A DNA stretch of 64,000 nt from an uncultured Nitrososphaerota archaeon (GTDB lineage Archaea; Thermoproteota; Nitrososphaeria; Nitrososphaerales; Gagatemarchaeaceae), in the NCBI GenBank assembly GCA_963703285.1, contig OY969807.1, positions 704,001-768,000 of the forward strand. The letters run 5' to 3'. Shown here piece by piece: positions 54,684 to 64,000 of this stretch. Numbering within the stretch: the stretch's first letter is position 1; each line of letters opens with the position of its first letter. Both the position numbers and the translations under genes were made by a program. The notes below the pieces were generated by a model. That model was not told the DNA's origin. It worked only from the letters and a program-made list of their open reading frames with translations, and made no database searches.

Positions 54684-56309
54684 TCACGCGGAGCGCGCGG
54701 CTTCGCCCTCGAGCTCTATGAGTTCCTTGTAGGCGGGGAGGGTCAGGAACTCGGGAAAGACGTCTGGTCTCACCATCGAGGCGAGGAGCTTCGCGGCTTC
54801 GGCGATTCGCGGGGACGGCTCCTCCCCGACGGCCCGCGCGGAGAGGCGTGCCGCTTCTTCTTCTATCATAGGCCCGACTAGGTCGATGGTCACCTTCCTC
54901 CCGTCGGACAATGACGCTCCGTGCCTTATCCACTGCCAGAGCTGGGCTCTGGAGATCTCGGCGGTCGCCGTGTCCTCCATGAGGTTGTCTATCGGGACGC
55001 ACCCTCTGCCGGACAGCCAGGACCCGATGTACTGGAGCGCGATGCTGACGTTCGACCTCACCCCGTCCTCGGTGATCTCCCCCTCGGGGACCTTCAGCAG
55101 GTCCTCCTTCGAGACGTTGACGTCGGCGCGCGTGACCGCCAGCTGGTTCGGACCCTTCACCTGGTCGAACACCTCCCTGGCCAGCCCGACGAGCCCCGGG
55201 TGGGCGACCCAGGTTCCGTCGTGGCCGAGTCGGACCTCGCGCTCCTTGTCGGCCCTCACCTTCCGGAAGGCGGCCGCGTTCGCGGCTTCGTCGCGGACGG
55301 GGATGTAGGCTGACATCCCACCCATCGCAAAGGCCCCTCGGCTATGACAGGTCTTGATCAGGAGGTCGACGTATGAGGCGAGGAAGGCCTTGTCCATCGT
55401 CACCTGCGAACGGTCCGGGAGGACGAACCGCGGATGGTTCCTCAGGGTCTTGATGTAGCTGAATATGTAGTCCCACCGCCCGCAGTTGAGACCGACGATG
55501 TGGTCTCTCAGGTTGTACAGGATCTCCTCCATCTCGAAGGCGGCCGGGAGCGTCTCGATCAGAGCCGTCACCTTGATGCTCCCGGGCGGGAGGACCATGT
55601 ACTCCTCCGCCGTCGTGAACAGCCTGTCCCAGAATCGGGCCTCGAGAGCGCTCTCCATCTTTGGGATGTAGATGTACGGCGAGGTTCCCCTCTGTCTTAG
55701 CGTGCGGGCGTTGTGGTGGAAGAAGAGCCCGAAATCGAACAGCGTGGCCGAGACCGGCTCCCCGTCGATCACGACGTGCTCCTCGTTGAGGTGAAGCCCC
55801 CTGGGCCTCACGATCAGTGTTGCGACCTTTTCGTCGAGCTTGTACGACTTCCCTTCCGGAGACTCGAAGGAGATGGTCCGGTTGACAGCGTCCCTGAGGT
55901 TGATCTGTCCCTGGATGACCTGCTTCCAGGTGGGCGAGAGGGAATCCTCAAAGTCCGCCATGTAGACGTCCGCCCCGGAGTTCAGCGCGTTGATTACCAT
56001 CTTCCTATCACCTGCGGGTCCTGTGATCTCCACCTTCCTCAGCCTCAGGTCGCGCGGAGCGTCGGAGACCTTCCAATGGACACCCGAGAGCGTATCCCTT
56101 CCGCTCGGAAAGTCCGGGAGGAGACCGGAGTCGATCTTCTTCTGCCTCTCCTCGCGCCTGCTCAGTAGCATCTTCCTCATGTCCCTGTTGGACCGCTGGA
56201 GCAGCTTTACGAACCCGAGGGCCTCCGGAGTCAATATCGAGGAGAACCCTTCGGAGTTCTGTCCTAGTATCTCGACGCCCTCTGGGACGTCTCGCTGTTC
56301 GGTCGCCAT
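54684..56309 (-). CDS. aceB: Malate synthase (type A)
   Basis: VEITGP, MADFEDS, VRPRGLH, YIPKMES, LIETL, LNCGRWDYIFS, GHDGTWVAHP, LMEDTATAEISR.Q.WQW. Confidence 0.96.
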   Translation of the reverse strand: MATEQRDVPEGVEILGQNSEGFSSILTPEALGFVKLLQRSNRDMRKMLLSRREERQKKIDSGLLPDFPSGRDTLSGVHWKVSDAPRDLRLRKVEITGPAGDRKMVINALNSGADVYMADFEDSLSPTWKQVIQGQINLRDAVNRTISFESPEGKSYKLDEKVATLIVRPRGLHLNEEHVVIDGEPVSATLFDFGLFFHHNARTLRQRGTSPYIYIPKMESALEARFWDRLFTTAEEYMVLPPGSIKVTALIETLPAAFEMEEILYNLRDHIVGLNCGRWDYIFSYIKTLRNHPRFVLPDRSQVTMDKAFLASYVDLLIKTCHSRGAFAMGGMSAYIPVRDEAANAAAFRKVRADKEREVRLGHDGTWVAHPGLVGLAREVFDQVKGPNQLAVTRADVNVSKEDLLKVPEGEITEDGVRSNVSIALQYIGSWLSGRGCVPIDNLMEDTATAEISRAQLWQWIRHGASLSDGRKVTIDLVGPMIEEEAARLSARAVGEEPSPRIAEAAKLLASMVRPDVFPEFLTLPAYKELIELEGEAARSA

Positions 56310-56369
56310 TGCTCCACGCGTTTCACCCGGGGGCGATAAAAAACCGACGGTCTCGGCGTCTCGCGGGGG

Positions 56370-57095
56370 TCAGTAGCCGCTCTTCATCAGCCCTGCGTAG
56401 TCGAAGACCATCACGCCGTCGCTGTTCTGGAGCGCGTACTGGAACTCCTGTTCGTACTGTGGCCTGCTCGATGTCGTGAAGACGCCGACGCTGCCGATGA
56501 TGCCCGGATGGATGTATCCCTGATCCCCGGCGCCGTAGGTCTCGAGCACGAGGAGGTCGGGCTTCAGGGGGAGCGTGAAGTCGGTCGTCGTGATGGCGAT
56601 CTCTCCCGAGGTGTAGCTCTGCTTGACCGTGTTGAAGATGTCGGTCTGGGCCGAGAGGGAGAGCGTAGACATGTCCAGGCTTATCCCGTCCTCTCCGAGC
56701 TGGTAGACCGAGGAGGGGACGGTCTGGGAGGAGTTCGTGAGGTAGAGCGAGAAGTAGATCTTGAGGCCCTGACCGTGCGCCTCGGTCACGAAGGAGCTCA
56801 GCTGGGAGGGCTGGAAGAGGAGGATACCCTCCCTGTAGACCTGGAAGAAGATGGTGTTGAAGCCCTGGGACCCGGCGAACGAGAGCATCGAGCCGAAGTT
56901 GGTCTGGTTGACGGCGCCGTTCCCCTGGTTGATGTAGAGGATTATGGGCTTGGCCGTGGCCGTCTCGCTGCCGCCGAGGGAGGGATGGAAGAGCAGGACT
57001 CCGGCGGCCAAGAGCAGGACAGCCAGGACAGCGCCTCCCACAGCGTAGTATACGAGACGATTCCTGCCCCGTCTCTGCCTCCTCCTTGCCGTCAT
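56370..57095 (-). CDS. Membrane-anchored extracellular protein, glycoside-hydrolase-like barrel
   Basis: Basic N-terminus plus one TM helix; GFNTIFFQV and EAHGQGLKIYF resemble GHL10/DUF187-like barrels; NQT and NSS sequons. Confidence 0.55.
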   Translation of the reverse strand: MTARRRQRRGRNRLVYYAVGGAVLAVLLLAAGVLLFHPSLGGSETATAKPIILYINQGNGAVNQTNFGSMLSFAGSQGFNTIFFQVYREGILLFQPSQLSSFVTEAHGQGLKIYFSLYLTNSSQTVPSSVYQLGEDGISLDMSTLSLSAQTDIFNTVKQSYTSGEIAITTTDFTLPLKPDLLVLETYGAGDQGYIHPGIIGSVGVFTTSSRPQYEQEFQYALQNSDGVMVFDYAGLMKSGY

Positions 57096-58777
57096 GCTGA
57101 TGACTCAGACCCCGAGGGTGCGATCATCGGACCGGCATCGTATGCGGTGGTCCTCGCTGCCAGCCGGAGGGTCATCGCTGCGACGGCGAGTTCTGCGGCC
57201 GAGAGCAAAACTAGCGCGTCCAGAGAGAGTAGGTGGTTCCTCGAGATCACGTACTCGACCGCGTAGGCGACCCCCGGAAGGGCGAGCAGGCACTCGCCCG
57301 AGCCCACGCCAGCCGCGAAGCGGACAGCAGCCCCTCGGCCGCGCTCGGCGAGCGCCTTCAGAACCAACACCTCGACGACGCAGGCCGCGAAGACCGAGCA
57401 GAGGGTGGCCAGCGGGATCATCAGGCTTCCCTCGAAGGTGAACGGTTTCGAGAGGAAGACGACCGCCAGAGTGAGGGGCACTGGGACGTAGGTCGCCGTC
57501 GAGATCAGGACCTTCGACAGGGTCCTTACGTTCTCGTTGAGCGGCAGGGCGCTCCTGCGCTCGACGCCCAGGTCCTCGACCGTGACGAGCAGGAAGGCGA
57601 TGAAGAGGGCGAACCCGCCGCAAGCCTGCGAGGCCGCCAGGACCTCCGCCACCCTGACAGCCGGCGTCGCAGTGAGAGGCAGAATCACGGCGAAGACCTC
57701 GAAGATCGGGAGGGCGAAGAGGAACCCCGTCGCGGGATTGCGGGAGGCGACCCTGACGTCCTTCGCCATGTAGCCTCCCAGAGGGCTGCGCTCGCGGATG
57801 GAGTAGTCGACCTTTCGGGCCTGGGCTGCCCCCGACCTTCCTCCCGGCACGACCACGCCGTAGATTATGCGTGAGGCGCCGAGAGAAGCCGCAGCGCAAC
57901 CGACCACGGCGAGCAGGACGCCGACGGCGGAGCAGACGAGCAGGAGCCTGCCGACGGTCTCTCCGGCAAAGGACGAGACGAGGAGCCCGGCCGAGAATGG
58001 GAAGACGAGCGAGGCGACGAAACCCAGCGGTTCGTTCGGGTAGGAGAGCACCAGGTTGAGCGATGGAGCGAGGTAGGTGACGAGGCTGAAGAGGAAGACC
58101 GCGCTCATGACGCCGAGTCCCCAGAGTATGAAGAGAAGGGGTCGGAAGAGCCCTCTTATCCCCGACATGCCGCCTCCTTCGAGCTTCCTGTTGAAGAGAG
58201 AGGTCAACCAGAGGGCGGCCGCGACGGCGAGGAGAGATCCCGAGGCGGTCGTCAAAAAGACGACCACTGAAGCGGCCGCCGACCCCGTAAAGTACGCGAC
58301 GGCAGCGAGCTGGGTCACAAGGCTCAGCACCAGCACGTAGTCCAGGGTCCTCCACAGAGTCAGCACCGCGACCGCAGACGTCTCCCTCGCCGTGAGCGGC
58401 AGCTGGGCGAGCGGCGTGAACGACCCGCTGCTGACGAACGAGGGGAGGACTTGGATGGAGTAGAGGACGATGTACCCGAAGACGAGGAGGATGCTGAGGG
58501 AGACCGCAACCCTGAGCGTCATCGCCACCAGGAAGGAGAGGCCGAATGCGGACGTGACCTGCGCCCTTGTCACCCCGTACAGGACGAACGGGAGGACGGC
58601 GCCTGCCATGGTGAACAGGGAGAAGATCGCCTTGTTGACGGCCGCGCCCCTCAGGGCGTTCCTGACTGGGTTGGAGGTTTTCGATCCGACGGCCGTGTAC
58701 CCGGACCGCAGGACCGGTCTGTACACCAGCTCCCCGTAGGAGACCCGGCTCGCCCTCCAGACCTTAGCCAAGTCCAT
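57092..58777 (-). CDS. ABC exporter permease (archaeal multi-TM type)
   Basis: Many TM segments, PLAQLPLT, KDVRVASRNP; overlaps the ATPase gene. Confidence 0.78.
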   Translation of the reverse strand: MDLAKVWRASRVSYGELVYRPVLRSGYTAVGSKTSNPVRNALRGAAVNKAIFSLFTMAGAVLPFVLYGVTRAQVTSAFGLSFLVAMTLRVAVSLSILLVFGYIVLYSIQVLPSFVSSGSFTPLAQLPLTARETSAVAVLTLWRTLDYVLVLSLVTQLAAVAYFTGSAAASVVVFLTTASGSLLAVAAALWLTSLFNRKLEGGGMSGIRGLFRPLLFILWGLGVMSAVFLFSLVTYLAPSLNLVLSYPNEPLGFVASLVFPFSAGLLVSSFAGETVGRLLLVCSAVGVLLAVVGCAAASLGASRIIYGVVVPGGRSGAAQARKVDYSIRERSPLGGYMAKDVRVASRNPATGFLFALPIFEVFAVILPLTATPAVRVAEVLAASQACGGFALFIAFLLVTVEDLGVERRSALPLNENVRTLSKVLISTATYVPVPLTLAVVFLSKPFTFEGSLMIPLATLCSVFAACVVEVLVLKALAERGRGAAVRFAAGVGSGECLLALPGVAYAVEYVISRNHLLSLDALVLLSAAELAVAAMTLRLAARTTAYDAGPMIAPSGSESSA

Positions 58778-59561
58778 CCGGCGGATTCCCCCTTAAGCGA
58801 GCTATCGCCTCCTCGACCACACCTTCCTCGTTGGTGACCTTCAGGAAGACGTCTTCGAGCGAGCTGCCTCCGCTGCCTGAGAGGCGCCTGAGCTCCTCCA
58901 TAGTCCCCTCGGCGACGACCCTCCCGCGGTCGATGATGCCTATCCGGGAGCACATCTCCTGGGCAACCTCCAGGACGTGTGTCGAGAAGATGACGGCGCC
59001 GTGCCTCTCCACGTGGATGAGAATGAGCTCCTTCAGGATCCTGCTGCTCTTGGCGTCCAGTCCGTTGAGCGGCTCGTCGAGGAGGAGGAGCGGTGGCTCG
59101 TGCATCATCGCGGCAATCACCGAGATCTTCTGCTTCGTCCCGAGAGAGAGCGCGCCTATGGGGAGGTCGAGGCTCTCGCCGATATCGAACGCAGAGGCGA
59201 GCTCGGAGGTCCTCTCCACGGCGTGGGGGCCGAGCTGCCTGGCCGACGCAACAAACTCGAAGTACTCCCTCGGCGTCAGCGACTCGTAGAGGACCGCGGA
59301 CTCTGCAACATAACCAATCCTCCGCTTGACTTCGACCCTCTGCGAGACCGGGTCGAATCCAACGACCCGAGCGTTGCCGCTCGTCGGGGTCTCGAGGCCG
59401 CTGAGTATCCGGAGTGTCGTCGTCTTCCCGGCGCCATTCGGCCCGAGCAGCCCGTAGACCTCTCCCGGCATCACGCGCAGGTCGAGGCCCGAGAGCGCGG
59501 AGACGGCCCCATAGGTCTTCACGACCTTGGACGCTTCCGCGAGCGGTTCGGCGGCCGACAT
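58764..59561 (-). CDS. ABC exporter ATP-binding protein
   Basis: GPNGAGKTT, LSLGTKQK, LDEPLNGLD, STH, LEDVFL. Confidence 0.92.
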   Translation of the reverse strand: MSAAEPLAEASKVVKTYGAVSALSGLDLRVMPGEVYGLLGPNGAGKTTTLRILSGLETPTSGNARVVGFDPVSQRVEVKRRIGYVAESAVLYESLTPREYFEFVASARQLGPHAVERTSELASAFDIGESLDLPIGALSLGTKQKISVIAAMMHEPPLLLLDEPLNGLDAKSSRILKELILIHVERHGAVIFSTHVLEVAQEMCSRIGIIDRGRVVAEGTMEELRRLSGSGGSSLEDVFLKVTNEEGVVEEAIARLRGNPPDGLG

Positions 59562-59563
59562 CT

Positions 59564-59968
59564 CTACCGGCTCGGGTGGAAGTCGGGGAAGAGCTCGCCA
59601 GCGGTCCGCGGTCGCCTGTCCTCGAAGACCTCATCGGAGTACCACCTCGACCCGAACTCGATGAAGCTCATGAGGACCGGAAGCGTGTCCTCTCCCTTCT
59701 TCGTGAGGGCCCACCTGACGAGGTGCTGGCCCGACCGCGCCTCCGACTGTCGTATGAATCCGTCTTCCTCCAGCTCCCGGAGCCTGAGAGAGAGCACCCG
59801 GGGGGTGAGGCCCGGGGTGGCCCGCAGCATGCTGTTGAACCGGTCGACCTTGAGGAACCCTATGTCGCGCAGTATCAGCATGGTCCACTTCTTGCCGAGC
59901 ACACCGAGGCTCACCTGGATAGGGCACGACTTGAAGGGAGCGGAGGGCAGCAACGGTTTCTCGTCCAT
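59564..59968 (-). CDS. HxlR/YodB-family winged-helix regulator
   Basis: CPIQVSLGVLGKKWTMLILRD, RFN, LSLRLRELEEDG, LTKKG. Confidence 0.92.
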   Translation of the reverse strand: MDEKPLLPSAPFKSCPIQVSLGVLGKKWTMLILRDIGFLKVDRFNSMLRATPGLTPRVLSLRLRELEEDGFIRQSEARSGQHLVRWALTKKGEDTLPVLMSFIEFGSRWYSDEVFEDRRPRTAGELFPDFHPSR

Positions 59969-60031
59969 CCTCGAACGGTATACTTCGCGTATGTTGGCTA
60001 TTTAATTACTATACATTTGATATTGCGAGGC

Positions 60032-60532
60032 GTGGGAAACAGAGAGCTGGTCAAGACCGTCCTTGTTGACGCCGCGCCCGAGCGGGTATGGTGGGCCTGG
60101 ACGACGGTTGAGGGACTCAAGACGTTCTTCGCCCCAGACGCTGAGGTACAGCTCGCTCCGGGAGGAAAGTACGAGGTGCTCTTCGACCTGGATATGCCTG
60201 ACGGTCTGAAGGGATCCGAGGGGTGCAGGGTGCTGAGCTTCGTGCCCCCCAGGATGCTCTCGTTCACCTGGAGTGCCCCTCCGAAGTTCCCCCAGGCTCG
60301 CAAGGATATCGCACAGTGGGTCGTCGTGTTCCTCGAACCCTCGGGCGACCACACACTCGTTACCCTGGTCGAGCTCGGCTGGAAGGAGGGGGAAGAGGGC
60401 GAAGCGGTGTACAGCTACTTCGAACGCGCTTGGGTGCTCGTCCTGGAGCGTCTTGCCTACAGCTTTTCCAAGGGGCCAATTGACTGGGAGCACCCCTACG
60501 TGCCGGCCCCTGCCACCGGCCCCGGTCGATAG
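60032..60532 (+). CDS. SRPBCC/AHSA1-like (START-fold) protein
   Basis: DAAPERVWWAWT, PGGKY, VPPRMLSFTW, W..VLERL. Confidence 0.85.
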   Translation: MGNRELVKTVLVDAAPERVWWAWTTVEGLKTFFAPDAEVQLAPGGKYEVLFDLDMPDGLKGSEGCRVLSFVPPRMLSFTWSAPPKFPQARKDIAQWVVVFLEPSGDHTLVTLVELGWKEGEEGEAVYSYFERAWVLVLERLAYSFSKGPIDWEHPYVPAPATGPGR

Positions 60533-60597
60533 AGTGACCTTCGAGGTCACCGCGGCTGCGTGGCCTTCGGAACTTCGCGTCGGATCGAGAACGGGCA

Positions 60598-61071
60598 TCA
60601 GGTGTAAGCGGCGTACACAGAGGGGTAATCCTTCACCAACTGCAGGTTCAGCGAGAGCACATTGACGTATTGGAGCTCTATGGCCCTCCCCTGGAGGTCG
60701 ATGTTCTGGTTGACGAGTTGCTGGAGAGATGCCACCGGTATCCCGGTAGCGTTGCTGATTCCTGGAATCTGGACGTCAGCCATCTGCACGGTGATGTCAG
60801 GGTCCAGACCCGATGCGGACAGCGACTCGACCCTGTCGTGGAAGAATATGGGGAGAGTGAAATTCTGGGCTATCTGAGACGAGCCGATGACCTGTCCGTC
60901 GAGGTGCACGAGCTCTCCGTTCGCTTGATACGGGAACAGAGCCTGGCCGATTCCTGTAATCAGCAGTGGGAAGAACAAACCGCAGACGAGAAGCGAAACT
61001 ATCGCTATCCCTATGACTGGCCTGTAGTCGGCCTTTTCTTTCCCGCCGTCATTCAATTTCTTGGTCTCCAA
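60598..61071 (-). CDS. kdpC: K+-transporting ATPase subunit C
   Basis: FPYQANG, GSSQIAQ, SASGLDPDI, VNVLSLN. Confidence 0.93.
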   Translation of the reverse strand: METKKLNDGGKEKADYRPVIGIAIVSLLVCGLFFPLLITGIGQALFPYQANGELVHLDGQVIGSSQIAQNFTLPIFFHDRVESLSASGLDPDITVQMADVQIPGISNATGIPVASLQQLVNQNIDLQGRAIELQYVNVLSLNLQLVKDYPSVYAAYT

Positions 61072-61079
61072 TTTTTCAC

Positions 61080-63242
61080 CTATAACAACGATATCAGGAT
61101 GTCGATCAGTTTGATTCCTACGAAGGGCACTATCACCCCTCCGACTCCGTAAATCAGGGTGTTCCGCAGGAAGAGGTTCATAGTGCTTGACGGTCTGAAC
61201 GCGACCCCGCGCATCGCGAGGGGTATCAGGAGCGGGATGATGACAGCGTTGAATATCAAAGCCGAGAGGACGGCGCTGTGGAGGCCGAGATGAAGGACGT
61301 TCAGGGACTCCAGTTGCGGCAATGTGGCCGCGAAGAGGACGGGCACGATTGCGAAGTACTTGGCTATGTCATTGGCTATGCTGAACGCTGTCACGGCGCC
61401 CCTCGTCATCAGGAGCTGCTTGCCGAGCAGGACAACATCTATGACCTTTGCCGGGTTCGACTCCAGGTCGACCATGTTAGCCGCCTCCTTTGCAGCCTCG
61501 GTGCCTGAGTTCATCGCGAGCCCGACGTCGGCGACGGCGAGCGCCGGTGCGTCGTTGGTGCCGTCCCCTATCATCGCGACTATCCTTGACTGAGCTTGCT
61601 CCCTCTTGACTATCTCGAACTTGTCCTCTGGCTTGGCCCTCGGAACGAACTCGTCTATCCCCACCTCTGAGGCGATACTCTTGGCGGTCAACGGTTGGTC
61701 TCCCGTGATCATGACGGGCCGGATGCCCATGGTCTTGACTGCCTGAATCTTCTCCTTGATGCCCAGCTTCAGGACGTCCTTCAGCCTGATGATTCCGAGG
61801 ACCTGCCCGTTCCTCTCGATGGCCATCGGCGTCTCGCCGGCGGCGGATATCGACTCGACGATGGAGTCGTAGTTCGGCGGGTGAGAGCTGACCAGCGTTG
61901 CTATGGAGTCCGGGGCCCCCTTCATGATCTGGATATCCTCCTCCGACGCCTCCATCGCCGCCTCGGCGCCCTCCCGGGAGGACTTCCTCCTCTGTCTGCC
62001 CCGCTTCTCGCCCCCCTTGGGGAGCGTGAGGGTCGCCGACTTCATTATCCTTACGCCGCTTGTCCGCGTGGTCGCCGAGAACTCGTAGGACTTCGAGATG
62101 GCGAGCGAGTTCAGCTCCCTCGGTACGAAGCCCCTCTCGTAGGCGAGCCTGATGATGCTCCGTCCCTCGGGTGTGTCGTCGAACCAAGACGAGAGGAAGG
62201 CGGACTCACCCACCTCGCGCTCGGTGTGGCCGTCGATTGGCAGGAACTCGATCGCCTCCCTGTTGCCAACGGTGATTGTCCCGGTCTTGTCCAGAAGTAT
62301 GACGTCGGCGTCTCCGGCAGTCTCGATGGCCTTGCCGGATTTTGCAACGATCTTCCTCTCGTAGAGCCTCGATATACCGGAGAGGCCTATGGCGGGAAGG
62401 AGTGCGCCGATCGTGGTCGGAAGGAGACACACGTAGAGAGCGATCAGGACGGATAGGTCGGCTCCGAGCCCCAGCGTTACGGAGAGGCCGAGAAGAGAGA
62501 CAATGATGATGCTGAAGATGGCGGTCAGCCCGATCAGCACCATGGTTACGGCTTGCTCGTTGGGGGTCTTCGGCCTCTTGGAGGACTCGACCAGCTTGAT
62601 CATCTGGTTCAGGTAGCTCTCGCCCGGGTTGGCAGCGACTCTGGCAGTCAGCGTGTCGCTGGCGACCAGAGACCCACCGATCAGAGCGTCCCCGGGCGCC
62701 TTCCTCACAGGAGAGGACTCACCGGTGAGCAGCGACTCATCCACCATGGCTATCCCCTCAAGCACCTCGGCGTCGATAGGGACGAGGTCGTTCTTCTCCA
62801 GGAGAATCAGGTCGCCCTTCGCGAGCGCAGTGGAGGGGGTTGAGATTATCTCCCTCGACCATCCGTGGGTCACGACCTTCTTGCTCAGGACCTCGGTCTC
62901 GAGTTTGCGGAGACTGCTTGCGGTGTTCTTCGCCTGCTGCTCGGCTAGCGCGTCGGAGAGAGTGCTGAACCAGACAGTTATGAGGAGGATCGCAGCGACT
63001 TCCACGTAGAAGGTCCGTTCGCTAACACTCGCCACGTCGACGAACCCCTGTGGATAGATCGCCATCGCGGCCACGATGAAGAAGGTAAGCTCGACGATTA
63101 GCATCACGGGGTTCGCGACCAGAGATACTGGGCTGAGGCGGATGATGGAGTCTCCAACGACCTTCCATGGGATGAGTCCCCTCCTGCTTCCAGTGTCGGG
63201 CCGGACCGACTTCGCTTGGTTCGCGGGTGTCTGTGTATCCAA
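61080..63242 (-). CDS. kdpB: K+-transporting P-type ATPase subunit B
   Basis: NPVM, TGES, KTPNE, CLLPTTIG, DKTGT, KGA, GDGTNDAPALA, FSIAND. Confidence 0.97.
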   Translation of the reverse strand: MDTQTPANQAKSVRPDTGSRRGLIPWKVVGDSIIRLSPVSLVANPVMLIVELTFFIVAAMAIYPQGFVDVASVSERTFYVEVAAILLITVWFSTLSDALAEQQAKNTASSLRKLETEVLSKKVVTHGWSREIISTPSTALAKGDLILLEKNDLVPIDAEVLEGIAMVDESLLTGESSPVRKAPGDALIGGSLVASDTLTARVAANPGESYLNQMIKLVESSKRPKTPNEQAVTMVLIGLTAIFSIIIVSLLGLSVTLGLGADLSVLIALYVCLLPTTIGALLPAIGLSGISRLYERKIVAKSGKAIETAGDADVILLDKTGTITVGNREAIEFLPIDGHTEREVGESAFLSSWFDDTPEGRSIIRLAYERGFVPRELNSLAISKSYEFSATTRTSGVRIMKSATLTLPKGGEKRGRQRRKSSREGAEAAMEASEEDIQIMKGAPDSIATLVSSHPPNYDSIVESISAAGETPMAIERNGQVLGIIRLKDVLKLGIKEKIQAVKTMGIRPVMITGDQPLTAKSIASEVGIDEFVPRAKPEDKFEIVKREQAQSRIVAMIGDGTNDAPALAVADVGLAMNSGTEAAKEAANMVDLESNPAKVIDVVLLGKQLLMTRGAVTAFSIANDIAKYFAIVPVLFAATLPQLESLNVLHLGLHSAVLSALIFNAVIIPLLIPLAMRGVAFRPSSTMNLFLRNTLIYGVGGVIVPFVGIKLIDILISLL

Positions 63243-63247
63243 CTATC

Positions 63248-64000
63248 TCAGAACCCCTTGAAGTAGGAGAGGATCGGTCCAAGCGCCAAGAACGGGAAGA
63301 AGGTGAGCACGACCAGGATGAGGATGCTGGCCACCAGAACGAGAGTGAAGATCAAGCTGTCGGTCCTGAGACCCACCTCTTCGCCCCTCTTCCGGCCCAT
63401 CATCGAACCGCCCAGCGCGACCAGTATCCCTATCGGAGCATACCGGCCGAGGAACATCACTATGCCCGTCGAGACGTTAAAGAAGACGGTGTTCGCCGAG
63501 GCGCCGAGGAAGTCCGAGCCGTTGTTCGCAGCGGCGGATGTGAACTCGTAGAATATCTGCGTGAAGCCTGCGGAGTTGGTTCCGACCCCTATTGCCGCTG
63601 CAGCCCCTGAGGCGTAGGCCAGCAACGTTGGCACGAGTATGATGAGCGGGTGTATCAGGAAGGCGACCATCACGAGCTTTACGTCGCGGCTGGTTATCTT
63701 CATCCCCAGATATTCGGGCGTCCTGCCCGACATCAGCCCCACGATGAAGACGGTGATGATGATGTACATGACCATGTACATCAAACCGACTCCTTTCCCT
63801 CCAGGAGTGGACTGGATCAGCATCCCCATGAACGCCGCCAGGATGACGAGCGAGTGCTCCCCGCCCAGCGAAGAGTTGACGGAGCCGGTCGTGACAGCGG
63901 TGGTCACAACGGTCCAGAAGGCAGAGAAGAAGCCGCCGAACCTTGTCTCGATGCCTGGGCCCAGTGCGGTGTTGGGTATGAAAGCGATGGCTGAGGTCTA
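63248..64000 (-). CDS. kdpA: K+-transporting ATPase subunit A, C-terminal part (truncated by window)
   Basis: ETRFG, TTAVTTGSVN, GGKGVG, GRTPEYLGMKI, YEFTSAAANNGS, FFPFLALGPI. Confidence 0.95.

Noticed and set aside
59414-60031. N-terminal extension of the SRPBCC ORF
   Set aside because: Antisense to hxlR and the ABC ATPase; real start is GTG 60032
1-64000. tRNA, rRNA, CRISPR arrays, transposases, integrases
   Set aside because: None recognised by eye in the intergenic regions or ORFs; a covariance-model scan would be needed to exclude small RNAs

Overview
GC-rich archaeal chromosomal segment. A non-ammonia-oxidising Nitrososphaeria/Thermoproteota-like organism is inferred from the archaeal AspRS, F420 genes, a class III signal peptide and TATA boxes about 24-30 nt before start codons. 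Content is mostly housekeeping and metabolic: aspS-gatCAB, a HAD+GT4 pair, alkA, rhodanese-moaC-moaB, mrp, cofEDC, a nitrate/sulfonate-type ABC transporter, tatC, LUD lactate-utilisation genes, FAH/HpcH/ThrC-like/aminotransferase genes, an Opp/Dpp transporter, acs, a large folate-dependent purine cluster, malate synthase, an HxlR-ABC operon and kdpABC. No tRNA, rRNA, CRISPR or transposase was seen. Best candidates for novelty: (1) an AT-richer cassette between aspS and gatC encoding an unannotated 48-aa peptide tightly coupled to an SDH/ClpP-fold serine protease; (2) a wHTH / Hsp20-like / HExxH-peptidase operon with a tandem-palindrome operator; (3) very frequent TTG starts plus apparent CTG and ATA starts (folD, thrC-like, rhodanese). 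Seven single-base frameshifts in six otherwise intact genes are most likely long-read assembly errors. All calls rest on motif recognition by eye; no searches were run.
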